From Caecitellus pseudoparvulus (taxonomy: Eukaryota; Protista; Bigyra: Bicosoecida), in the NCBI GenBank assembly GCA_965644315.1, contig CBFFRQ010000092.1, positions 77,782 through 141,781 on the forward strand: 64,000 bases of DNA, written 5' to 3'. Positions 1 through 9,302 of the stretch are shown here, in pieces. The position numbers and the translations under genes are program-made. The notes below the pieces were generated by a model, which did not search any database, was not told the origin of the DNA, and saw only the letters and a program-made list of their open reading frames with translations. Numbering within the stretch: the first letter of the stretch is position 1; each line of letters starts with the position of its first letter.

Positions 1-3000
1 GACGTCAAGGAGCGCATTCTGTCTGCTATGCACCATGCCTACGAGCTGCTGGGTGGTGCCAGCGACCTGCTGAGTGTCTCTCTGCCGGCGCTGCAGGTTG
101 CTATGCTTCGGGCAGGCGTGGACACGGACAGTGCCGCAGCAGACGAGTCACAACGCTTCCCAGCGTGCGAAGCAGTGCTCCGTATCAATGGAACTGACGT
201 CTCTGTCGGTACAGCTGCAGATGGCAGGGGAATCATGCACGCAAGGGTGTCAGAGGTGTCGCTTTGGGACACCAGCGGCGTGTTCCACGCGGGAACGACT
301 CCCCTGCTGCACTCGGACGCGGTGCACAGCGACGGTGACGTCATCTGCATCTGCACCGAAAGCTTCCCCCAATCTCACCCTGAATTCGTCAGTGCATCGT
401 CACGCGTGTGGATTGCCGTGGCGCCGATGCCGATCGTGTTCACGCAAGGCGCCTTCATGCGCGTGTTGCAGTACGCAACGGAAGGGGTGTTGCCAGCCCT
501 CTCACTGGACCTTGCACTTGAAGTGGACGACTCCAGCGCAGCATCCTTGAAGTCTGCCGTGTTCAGCCGCACCCTGCTGAACATCCACGTGGCCTCTCCG
601 CGGCTGCTCCTGCCCCTGCACCCAGACCGCATCGGCGGGGAGGTGCCTGTGGAGAATCACCCCCACCTCTCCGTGACTCTGGGTGGTATCGTAGTTCGCA
701 ACTCCCTTGCAGCCATGAATGCCTCCCGAGCCACCTCTGATTGCCTCGTTGACACGATGCACGTCAGCGTTAGCGGATTGTCCTTGGAGCAGAGCACCGG
801 ACAGCAGATCCTGCAACTGCCGCAGCTGGACTTGTCCATGGACCGCATGGCTGGATCACTCAGCCCTGAGCTGGATGCCCATGGTGCCTGCGCGTCCACT
901 GATACGTTGCCAAGCATTCTGAGCGCGCTGCCGCAGTTTGAAGGCGACTGGGGCACCGGGTTTGACGTGCAGCTTGCAGCCGCACTGCCGGAAGCAGTGG
1001 CAGTGCACGTAACTCCTGGGGCAGTCGCGAACCTGCTCCTCCTCGTGACAAACAATCTTGGGAACAGTGGTGCAGCCCAAGCTTCAAGTCGCCAGGAGGT
1101 GGCGCTTGCACAGGGCGGAACGTTGGTCCCCCACCCGCACAGCGGCGCTTTGCCAGGTTCCACCCGCATTTCCTTCTCTGCAGCAGGGCTGTCTCTGTCC
1201 CTGGCCCGGGATACACCGGATTCCCTGTGCAGCCAAGTGGAGGTGAAGCAGTTGCTGCTGCAACTATGCACGGCAGCCGTGGAGGCAGCTGGGCCAACCC
1301 CGAGGCTGTCCCTACTCTCACTGCGGTCCAGCATCCGCACCGTGGAAGTGGGGAGTGCTGCAGTGGCAGGTGGGGTCCTGCACAAGGTGCTGTATGGCTC
1401 GAGTAGCAAGGCAGACGCCGCGCACCAAGCCATGCTCGCCGCCGACCTGGATGTGGTGTCCGGTCTGAGCGCCGGGAGCGGCAAGTACGTGTCCCTGTCC
1501 AGCAGCCTGCAGGACTTGGCCGTCGTGGCAGCAATGCGGTGCTGGGCCAACGCCCTGAACGTCGTCGTGGACGGCATGGGGGACCAGAGTGTCACGGAGA
1601 GCCTGCCTCGCTTCATCTCCGTCGCCCCCTCCCAAGCCGAACCCCTGCACACCACCGCAGCCATCGCCCTCTCCGCCGCCCTCCTCGTACCTTTCAAGCA
1701 AGTCGACGAAGGCGAGGACGTCAGCTGGACTGCCAGCCAGCGTGACAACCTCTCCTTGCAAGTGGACGCCAGTGCAACTGCCGACATCGCGCTGCACCTC
1801 CGTGGCATGAGCATGCGCACCTTCCCCCTCCTGAGCACCATGCGCAGTGCCTCTGTCGGGCAGCAGGCAGCAGTGGCTAGGGCAAACGCAGCAGGTCTCC
1901 CTGTGCCCTCCCTGCTTCCTGACTATGTCATCTTGCAGCACAGGCAGTCCACCGTGCAAAGCGATGGAGTGCAAGTTTCAGCGTTCATGCAGCGTGTGGG
2001 AGGCACAGCTGTTCCCTTGCTGCACCCTACACGGTTCAGAGCCGAGGTTGGCGCTGACAGCTGGCTCTTTGCGCCGGCACAGCACAGGCTTGAGGCCCAG
2101 CGCGTGTACGGCCCACCCCCGTCCACGATTGTTCGAAGGCGCCGAGAAGCTGGCGCGCAGGCGCGTGGTCTGCGCCAGCACGAGTGGAAGCGCTGGGCGC
2201 AGGGGCTCACGCACAGCTCGGGCGTGGCAGCCAGCGAGGCAGCGGTCTCCTCTGCGGCGGCCATGACGTCCTGGCTTAGTGCCTCTCGCCTGCCTTCCGC
2301 TCGCACGACGTTTACGCTGGCAGCCCAGGAAGGCAGTGCCGTGGTGCAGATTGGCTTCCGTGACATTGTGAGCCTGACAGATGCAGCAGGTTCCCTGTCT
2401 GAGAGCATGGCCGCATTTCAGCGCGGAGCTGCGGAGGCAGGAGCGGAGGTGCAAGCGTCGCCCACCAGCGCGGACAGCCCGGGGCCCGAGTCTCCCGGCC
2501 AGCTTGCCATTCCTCCAGAAATGGCGTTTGGTTCTGTGCCGGCGCACATTGATGATTACAGCCTGCACGTGCAGCACGATGCTTTTGATGAGCTGCGTGT
2601 GCGAGCAGTGCCGCACCTCGCCGAGGTGGGGGTGCTGGAGCATGCAAGCTCACGCACGGCGCCACGTGATGGGCTGCTTGGCCTCATGGGCCTGGTGGCT
2701 GAGTCTGACTACGTCGTGGCTGTGGACGAAGCAGCCCCGGCGTTCGACATGGCGCCCCCTGACGCGGCAGTGCACACCATCCACCTTCGCAGTCAGCCGA
2801 TGACCGGGCACGTCTCCTTTGGACAGGGTCTGAGACTGCTCCTAGTCAACGATGTCGGGGGCGGCAATGGCTTCTTGATGGGCGTGACGCTGCCTGTGCT
2901 GTCAGCGGACGTGCACGGGAACCTGGCAACGCTGCCGGCTTCGGCTTCAGGCACGGCGCTGTCCCTGCTTGACACGGACAGCCTCTTGCTGGGCCAGCCT

Positions 3001-6000
3001 GTCGGCGCTGGCTTCGCAGCGGGGACAGTGGGTTTCGCCGTGCCTCCCGGCTCGCTGCTTCCCGCTCCCCAAATTCGCCCTGGCTTGCTGTCCATCTTCT
3101 GCTCGGCAGATTTGGAAGTTGCGGTGGACGTCTTCAACGCCGCCTCGGGTGCATGGGAGCCTTTCCTGCAATGCCTCGGCCTGCACGCTCAGTTCTCAGC
3201 GCTGGATCTGTTCGTGCCGGGTGGCACTGCAGGCGAGGATCACCTGGGGAGGCGGGCGCCGCTTCGCCAGGCTTTCCTGGAGAGTCGCCAGCCGGGCGAT
3301 GTGGGCATCACCCGTGGCTTCGTGCCTGTGGGATTCGGGCCCGGATCAGGCAGGCTGGAGATCACGGCTTCCTTTTCCACGTTTGAGCGCTGCCTGGGAG
3401 TCATGCATGCGTGGGAGGCGGCACAGGCGCAACGGGCACAGCAGGGGGCCGCATCCGGCCCAGGTGGGGGCTCCACAGCCCTTCGCTTTGCATCCCAGTT
3501 CGTCATTCGTAACGACTGCGGTGCCGCCGTCAAGTTCGTGCCGTCTCACCTTCAAGATGCGCTGGTGGCGGAAATCGCCGACCCAGATGCGGCGTGGGAC
3601 AGGGCGGCTGGCAGGGGTGGTGGCGGGTTTGACGCTGCAGCTGGCATTCTCCTGCTCCCAGGCCAAGAGGCACCTCTCTCTTTCCCTGTGCCAGAAGGCA
3701 TGCTGGACGCAAGGCGCGCCCTGTCCAGCCACGACGCAAGCAGGGAGAGTCCAAAGCACGTGCAAGTGTGGGTGCAGGGCTGTGCGTTGCCGCTGCAGCC
3801 TGCCGACGTGCAGCGAGCTGGTGTCCTGCGCAACTCAATGCGCCTTACAGCCAGCCGGTCTGGTGAGAGCGCAGCTGCCGTTCCACTGTCCACTCAGGTG
3901 AAGGTTGTGGATGGCACGACGGTGCTGACGGTGCGTTCCCGGGTTGCGGTGCACAACCACACCCATTTGGAGTGCGAGGTGCTGGTGCCTGGGCGTGCAG
4001 TGGGAGACGACCCAGTGTTGGTGGGGGTGGTGCAGGCACACGCTGCGTTTGCCTTGCCGCCAGAACACAGCACAGCCAGTGTGCTGCACCTGCGCCCAGT
4101 GCGCTACCGCACCGACGACGATGAGGAGCTCCCCCTGCGCCACACTGCGTTTGACAGCATTAGCCTCCGCACCAACCAAGAACATGAAGTGCTCGCCCGT
4201 TGCCAGGGTGGGGACGGCGCCAACGCGCTGCCCTACAATCTTGTGTTGTGGTCTCGGCTGTACACGCGTCTGGACGGCGCGTACAAAGTGCTGTCCTTGA
4301 GGCCCCCCGCTGAAGTCACCAATGGCTTGCCTCGCAGCGTGGCTGTGCGAGTGGTTCAGGGAGGGCACCCTGTCGCGCTGCCGTTGGAGCCGGGCGCCTC
4401 CTGCCCCGTGTACGCTGCCAGCTGCCTCATGGACACGGCCATGTCCGTGGAGCTGGAAGGGTACGCGCCCAGCGCCCTGCCATCGCTGAAGGCCTTCATT
4501 TCGGAGGCCAAGTCTGACGGGGGCAAGTCCATGTCTGAGACGCGACTTCGCCTCGCACAGCAACTGGCGGATGGGCGCTCCAGCTCCACGCGGGACGGTG
4601 CGCTGTACTGCTCTGTGGAGTACTCGGCCCACTTCGCTGTGCAGGCTGCCGGGCAGAAGGCCAGCAACCGCACCTCTCTTCCCCGTGTCTCCATGGTGCT
4701 CTTTGCCTCTCACTGGCTGGTGGACAACAGTGGTTTTGGGCTGTCGTACGGGCTGGCGGGTGCGACAGGTAAAGTGAAGGCAGCGGAGACTGGGCAGGTG
4801 GTGGAGGAGCTGTTTGAGCAGCAGCGCTGCTTCAACTTTTTCTCTGGCAAGTACGAGACCCAGCACTGGCTTGCCCCCCACGGGCAGCCCAGCAGCAAGG
4901 CCGAGGTTGAGGCGAGGCTGCCAGCTGGGTGGAGCTGGACTGGGCCGTGGGTCGTGCACGTGGGAGAGGGGCTGGGGCCTGAAGGCTTCGACTATGCCTT
5001 CGACTACCCTGAGTTCAAGCGAACTGGCCGCACGCCCCAAGGTAAGAAGGGCGCGAATTCCTGGGTGCGCCAGCGCAAGTGGCTGCGCACGAGAGTCAAG
5101 ACAGCGCCCGCCGCTCCCGCCACGCCGGGGGTGGATGACTTGGGCACTGCCAGCTCCGATCCAGATGCCGTGACCATGGTGCATCTGACTGACAAGTACA
5201 GCGCGCTGCAAGTGCGGCATGGCACGGGCACGTGGTGCACAGGGACGGACCTGACCAGCCTCATGGGCGCTGCCAACCTGGTCGTGCCAGTCGACAGCGG
5301 CATGCTGGCCCAGCTGTCTTCCCCGGGCCAAACCCGCCGTGGGCGCTCAGGCACGCTGCAGCCTGCGTCGGCCGGGCAGTCCACTGCATCGCTGTCCGCA
5401 GAGGGCCAACTGCCCCATGCGCTAAACTTGGTCTCCTGGCAACGCCCGGCAGCGGCCCCATTCCATCGCAGCAAGGTGGTCACCATCTCCCCTGCGCTGT
5501 GGATTGTGAACGCATGCCCGTCCCATCTGAAGTGGTGCTACACGCCCATCAAGCGCCGCAGCAAGCCCGAGCGCATTTTCGACGTCAACCCAGGGGAAGC
5601 GGTCCCCATGCACATGGACATTTCGGACCGCCTGGCCTCCGACTGCCTGCCGTACATTTCTGTGTGCCCGGACATTGCCATGGGCAGCTGGTCCTGCCCC
5701 TTCCCAGTGGGCATGCAGGAGGAGTTGCCCATCACCGTGCCCATCGTGGACGCGGGGTCCACGCGCACCCCCGCAGGGGTGCTGCCTGCCGGCCACATTG
5801 TGCTGGGGGCCTCCTGTAAGCCACACGACACCATCCCTAACTCGTACGTCCTGGTCATCACGCAGTGCACGCAGTTCCCTCAGTGTGCCGCGCCGAACAG
5901 CACCGCCCAAGCCCGCCCCACGTCCACTGTGCCCCCCCTGAGCCAAGAGGAGGCGGATGCGGCGCTGGAGGAGGGCGTGCCCGCTGTCGTCCCTGCCACA

Positions 6001-8892
6001 ATGACCATTCGCAACACGACTGATGCGGTGCTCTTGTACAAGCAAGTGGGTGCCGTGCGGGTCTCTGACGAAGGCCGCAGGGTGCCAGCGGCGTATTACG
6101 CGGCGTTGCCAGGGGAGGTCGCCGCCGTCGGCTGGGAGCAGCTGCACAGTGAAGCTACACAGGAGTTCGGCATGCGCTTCGTGTCTGCAGAAGCCTGGGA
6201 CGCCGCTGGAGCGCAGAGCCCGTGTGCCGAGCTGCCCCCCCGTGCCCTGTCGGCTGAGATGCAAGTCGCGCCTGACCGCCTCGGGCAGCGCGCCGTCGTG
6301 ACGGTGCCTGGCGCCACCCGTTCTTCGCCTGCCCAGCGCCTCGCAGTGTCTGTGAAGGTGGCAGCCCGCACCGTGGAGTTGCTGGCGCATGATGCAGATG
6401 AGACTGCACTTGCAGTCGGCAGTGGCGCGGCGACGGGCAGCGGTGCGGCGGCGTCTGTGGACTCGGCGGCTTCAGGCAGCCAAGATGTGCTGGAGAATGC
6501 CTATGAGCGTGACGGTGCCAGCTTGCTGGGGCAGGCAGCCTTCGCGCATGCGGTGATGCACGGACAGTGGGGTGCACTGGCTGCGGACCAGATGTGGGAT
6601 GATGTGCACTCGCTGTCCCTGGCTGGGCTCGGGTTGTCCCTCGTGGACTACCGCCCCTCTGAGACGCTGTACCTGTCCATGGACCACGTGCAGCTGCTGA
6701 GCAGCAAGGACCGAACAGCGTACCGGCTGTCCCTGAAGGTGCTGCACCTGCAGTTGGATGACATGGCCGCTGACTCATCGTACCCGTCTGTCGTGACCTC
6801 CCTCACAGCCGCGTCAGCTGCCATTCGTGAGCATGCCCAGTGCCAGAGCCTGGGGCGGGACACGTCCCCCTCACCGCAGGCGCTCGCAGAGACCATGGCC
6901 ACGGCACTTAAGGCCGGGCTGTCCAGGGCCGCGTTGGAGCTCAGCGTCGTGCGTGTGCGACACCCACGCAAGATGCTGCTGAAGGGAGTCGCACTGCAGA
7001 TCGCGCCCCTGCGCGTGGCTGCCTCGTACGCGCTGATCCTCTCCTCGCTCCTGCAGGGCGTGGTCGTGCAGCACTCGGTGCAGTCTGCAGCCATGGCGGC
7101 GGAGCTGCAAGCCAAGTTGCGGGGGGGTGCCGACCGCGTCGTGGCGGACTCCGTTGCCCGGGCGGTGCCGGCTGCCACGCTGGGCGACGCTGCCGGCACC
7201 GGCGGCACCGGCGCGGTACCCCTCCGCCGCACCCTGGAGCTGCTGTTTCCCTCCAGCTCCCACCTGGACAGCATCCGAGACTCCACGCGAGCCTGGATGC
7301 TGGGTGGGGATGTGGACATGCTGCAAGATGGGACGAGCGAGCCACCTGGAGCCCTGACCAGTGCCGGGGCGACCCTGTCCCACCTGGAGGTCGCAGAGGC
7401 CCTCGCCACCGCCCCCATCCTCGCAGCTGTTTCGGCCCTGTCCACTCGCCGAGGCACAGACCCTGCTGCGGTGCTGGCAGGGCTGCACGCAGCGTCGGCG
7501 GCAGCAGGCGGCACGCAGCCCATGGCGGCACTGGGCGTGCGCCTGGACCACTTGCTCAGTGGTGGGTCGGAGGGCAGCGTGCTTTCCGCAGTGCTGGCAG
7601 GCCGCATGCCCCTCTTCATCGAGCGCCTGTCCATCCTGCCAGTGCAACTGCTCCTGTCGTACAAGTACGCTGGGCTGGGTGAGGGCATGTCGGCGCCACA
7701 GGAGGCGGTGCAGTCTGTGGATGCTGCGTTTCACCACACCGTCGGGCGGTATCTGCGCACGTCCCTGACGCTGAACGACGCACCAGTGGGCGTGCCTGCC
7801 TTCCAAGAAAACCACACGCTTCGCACACTTGGCGCGACGATGGGCAGGTGGGTGGAATTTGCGCGCGGTCACTCCATGTCCCCCGCTGCTCTGGCCGGCA
7901 TCATCACTTCCAGCAACGCCTTTGGTCGCACTGGGGAGTACTTCCGACGTGCCACGAGTAACTTGGCCTCGGGGGATGCCCGCCTCTCCCACACACTGCG
8001 TCTGCTGAGCTTGGGTGCAGACGTTGCGGGGGGCACGCTGGACGTGGTGTCACGCGGCATCGCCTCCGCGACGGGGGACACCGCCTCCCTCGCAGCGACA
8101 GAGGCTGACCGCCAGCGCTTTGAGCAGGAAAACACAGGCGTGGGGGTGGTGAAAGACCTGGGCATGGGCATTTTCCGAGGCGTGGCAGGCGTGTTCACCA
8201 AGCCTGCCGAGGGGGCGGCATCCGGGGGTGTGGCTGGCTTTGCGAAGGGTCTGGGGCAGGGGGTCCTGGGCCTGGCTGCCAGCCCACTCATGGGCATCAG
8301 CACAGCCACACGGCGCATCGCGTCCGGCGTCAACCGTGGCGTGGCCACTGACGCTGAGAAGATGACGATCTTCGCCCCCCTTGTGCGGCGGCGGGCCCGT
8401 CACGCGCCTTTGGGACCCCAGCGCCTACTGCGGCCGTACAACGCTCAGCAGGCGCTGATGGTGCAGGTGGCGCTGGGCATGCATGCCAAGGCCGGCACGG
8501 GGGACTTGCTGGTGGACTGCGCAGAGCTGTCCATTGAGCGAGACGGCAGCTCCACCCTGCTGCTCGTCACGACCTTGGGCATTGGCCTGGTCAAGCTGCA
8601 GCGGCAGGAGACGGGCGCCGCTCACCGCATGCTGCAGACCCTGGCGGGGCCCGCCTTCCCAGGCGACGTGCTCACCTTCCAGCGCTGGGAGCCTGGTGCG
8701 CAAGCCTTTGAGTGGGACATTGCCCAGCCGTCGATGCTGATCCTGCACAGCCATGGTCAGGCTATGGCGCTGCAGATTGGAGATGCTGGCCTTGCAGAGT
8801 CTCTGCTGCCACGGGTTCAGGCTGCGCAGCTGCAGTCTGCAGCCTTTGTCTCCACTGTGCAGCTGGCAACCGGAGCGGGGGAGGCTGTGTAG
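1..8892 (+). CDS. VPS13: VPS13-family bridge-like lipid transfer protein, 3' portion (5' end outside window), with VAB/SHR-BD repeats, an inserted DysF domain and an ATG2_C-like C-terminus
   Basis: Frame is open from base 1. Motifs: VDVFNAASGAWEPFLQ, FVIRNDCG, VLTVRSRVAVHNHT, PFHRSKVVTISPALWIVN (VAB repeats); LAGLGLSLVDYRPSETLYLSM...LQLDD (APT1-like); GVAGVFTKPAEGAASGGVAGFAKGLGQGVLGLAASP (ATG2_C). DysF at ~4795-5100. Confidence 0.9.
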   Translation, partial: DVKERILSAMHHAYELLGGASDLLSVSLPALQVAMLRAGVDTDSAAADESQRFPACEAVLRINGTDVSVGTAADGRGIMHARVSEVSLWDTSGVFHAGTTPLLHSDAVHSDGDVICICTESFPQSHPEFVSASSRVWIAVAPMPIVFTQGAFMRVLQYATEGVLPALSLDLALEVDDSSAASLKSAVFSRTLLNIHVASPRLLLPLHPDRIGGEVPVENHPHLSVTLGGIVVRNSLAAMNASRATSDCLVDTMHVSVSGLSLEQSTGQQILQLPQLDLSMDRMAGSLSPELDAHGACASTDTLPSILSALPQFEGDWGTGFDVQLAAALPEAVAVHVTPGAVANLLLLVTNNLGNSGAAQASSRQEVALAQGGTLVPHPHSGALPGSTRISFSAAGLSLSLARDTPDSLCSQVEVKQLLLQLCTAAVEAAGPTPRLSLLSLRSSIRTVEVGSAAVAGGVLHKVLYGSSSKADAAHQAMLAADLDVVSGLSAGSGKYVSLSSSLQDLAVVAAMRCWANALNVVVDGMGDQSVTESLPRFISVAPSQAEPLHTTAAIALSAALLVPFKQVDEGEDVSWTASQRDNLSLQVDASATADIALHLRGMSMRTFPLLSTMRSASVGQQAAVARANAAGLPVPSLLPDYVILQHRQSTVQSDGVQVSAFMQRVGGTAVPLLHPTRFRAEVGADSWLFAPAQHRLEAQRVYGPPPSTIVRRRREAGAQARGLRQHEWKRWAQGLTHSSGVAASEAAVSSAAAMTSWLSASRLPSARTTFTLAAQEGSAVVQIGFRDIVSLTDAAGSLSESMAAFQRGAAEAGAEVQASPTSADSPGPESPGQLAIPPEMAFGSVPAHIDDYSLHVQHDAFDELRVRAVPHLAEVGVLEHASSRTAPRDGLLGLMGLVAESDYVVAVDEAAPAFDMAPPDAAVHTIHLRSQPMTGHVSFGQGLRLLLVNDVGGGNGFLMGVTLPVLSADVHGNLATLPASASGTALSLLDTDSLLLGQPVGAGFAAGTVGFAVPPGSLLPAPQIRPGLLSIFCSADLEVAVDVFNAASGAWEPFLQCLGLHAQFSALDLFVPGGTAGEDHLGRRAPLRQAFLESRQPGDVGITRGFVPVGFGPGSGRLEITASFSTFERCLGVMHAWEAAQAQRAQQGAASGPGGGSTALRFASQFVIRNDCGAAVKFVPSHLQDALVAEIADPDAAWDRAAGRGGGGFDAAAGILLLPGQEAPLSFPVPEGMLDARRALSSHDASRESPKHVQVWVQGCALPLQPADVQRAGVLRNSMRLTASRSGESAAAVPLSTQVKVVDGTTVLTVRSRVAVHNHTHLECEVLVPGRAVGDDPVLVGVVQAHAAFALPPEHSTASVLHLRPVRYRTDDDEELPLRHTAFDSISLRTNQEHEVLARCQGGDGANALPYNLVLWSRLYTRLDGAYKVLSLRPPAEVTNGLPRSVAVRVVQGGHPVALPLEPGASCPVYAASCLMDTAMSVELEGYAPSALPSLKAFISEAKSDGGKSMSETRLRLAQQLADGRSSSTRDGALYCSVEYSAHFAVQAAGQKASNRTSLPRVSMVLFASHWLVDNSGFGLSYGLAGATGKVKAAETGQVVEELFEQQRCFNFFSGKYETQHWLAPHGQPSSKAEVEARLPAGWSWTGPWVVHVGEGLGPEGFDYAFDYPEFKRTGRTPQGKKGANSWVRQRKWLRTRVKTAPAAPATPGVDDLGTASSDPDAVTMVHLTDKYSALQVRHGTGTWCTGTDLTSLMGAANLVVPVDSGMLAQLSSPGQTRRGRSGTLQPASAGQSTASLSAEGQLPHALNLVSWQRPAAAPFHRSKVVTISPALWIVNACPSHLKWCYTPIKRRSKPERIFDVNPGEAVPMHMDISDRLASDCLPYISVCPDIAMGSWSCPFPVGMQEELPITVPIVDAGSTRTPAGVLPAGHIVLGASCKPHDTIPNSYVLVITQCTQFPQCAAPNSTAQARPTSTVPPLSQEEADAALEEGVPAVVPATMTIRNTTDAVLLYKQVGAVRVSDEGRRVPAAYYAALPGEVAAVGWEQLHSEATQEFGMRFVSAEAWDAAGAQSPCAELPPRALSAEMQVAPDRLGQRAVVTVPGATRSSPAQRLAVSVKVAARTVELLAHDADETALAVGSGAATGSGAAASVDSAASGSQDVLENAYERDGASLLGQAAFAHAVMHGQWGALAADQMWDDVHSLSLAGLGLSLVDYRPSETLYLSMDHVQLLSSKDRTAYRLSLKVLHLQLDDMAADSSYPSVVTSLTAASAAIREHAQCQSLGRDTSPSPQALAETMATALKAGLSRAALELSVVRVRHPRKMLLKGVALQIAPLRVAASYALILSSLLQGVVVQHSVQSAAMAAELQAKLRGGADRVVADSVARAVPAATLGDAAGTGGTGAVPLRRTLELLFPSSSHLDSIRDSTRAWMLGGDVDMLQDGTSEPPGALTSAGATLSHLEVAEALATAPILAAVSALSTRRGTDPAAVLAGLHAASAAAGGTQPMAALGVRLDHLLSGGSEGSVLSAVLAGRMPLFIERLSILPVQLLLSYKYAGLGEGMSAPQEAVQSVDAAFHHTVGRYLRTSLTLNDAPVGVPAFQENHTLRTLGATMGRWVEFARGHSMSPAALAGIITSSNAFGRTGEYFRRATSNLASGDARLSHTLRLLSLGADVAGGTLDVVSRGIASATGDTASLAATEADRQRFEQENTGVGVVKDLGMGIFRGVAGVFTKPAEGAASGGVAGFAKGLGQGVLGLAASPLMGISTATRRIASGVNRGVATDAEKMTIFAPLVRRRARHAPLGPQRLLRPYNAQQALMVQVALGMHAKAGTGDLLVDCAELSIERDGSSTLLLVTTLGIGLVKLQRQETGAAHRMLQTLAGPAFPGDVLTFQRWEPGAQAFEWDIAQPSMLILHSHGQAMALQIGDAGLAESLLPRVQAAQLQSAAFVSTVQLATGAGEAV

Positions 8893-9302
8893 AGATGGCT
8901 TAGAGGCGTCGCCCAGCTGGCAATGTCGGGGAGGCACCATTCAGGGATCTCAGGGATGTCCAGAAAGCGATTTCAGCACCCTCTTTGCTGAGATGCCAGA
9001 CATCCGGTCGAGCGGAGCGGGGCAACATTGACATGCCTGACACCAAAATGCACCATAAGTGTTTCCCATGCACACCTGTGGCGTCACTGCACATCTGCGC
9101 ATCAGTGTGCCTGGGGCCTTGTCTCCACTCCTGGCCGCCACAGGTGAGCATGCACCAGTGCAAGTGCGGAACTTGCACCCTCACACGTCAAGTGCGACAG
9201 CGCCTCCCCGCCACACCAATGCACCTGCCCACTGCCACCATCCTGCAGTAGCCAGGAACACATCACTGACACCCCTGACCAGACCCCCTGTCACCCATCG
9301 CC

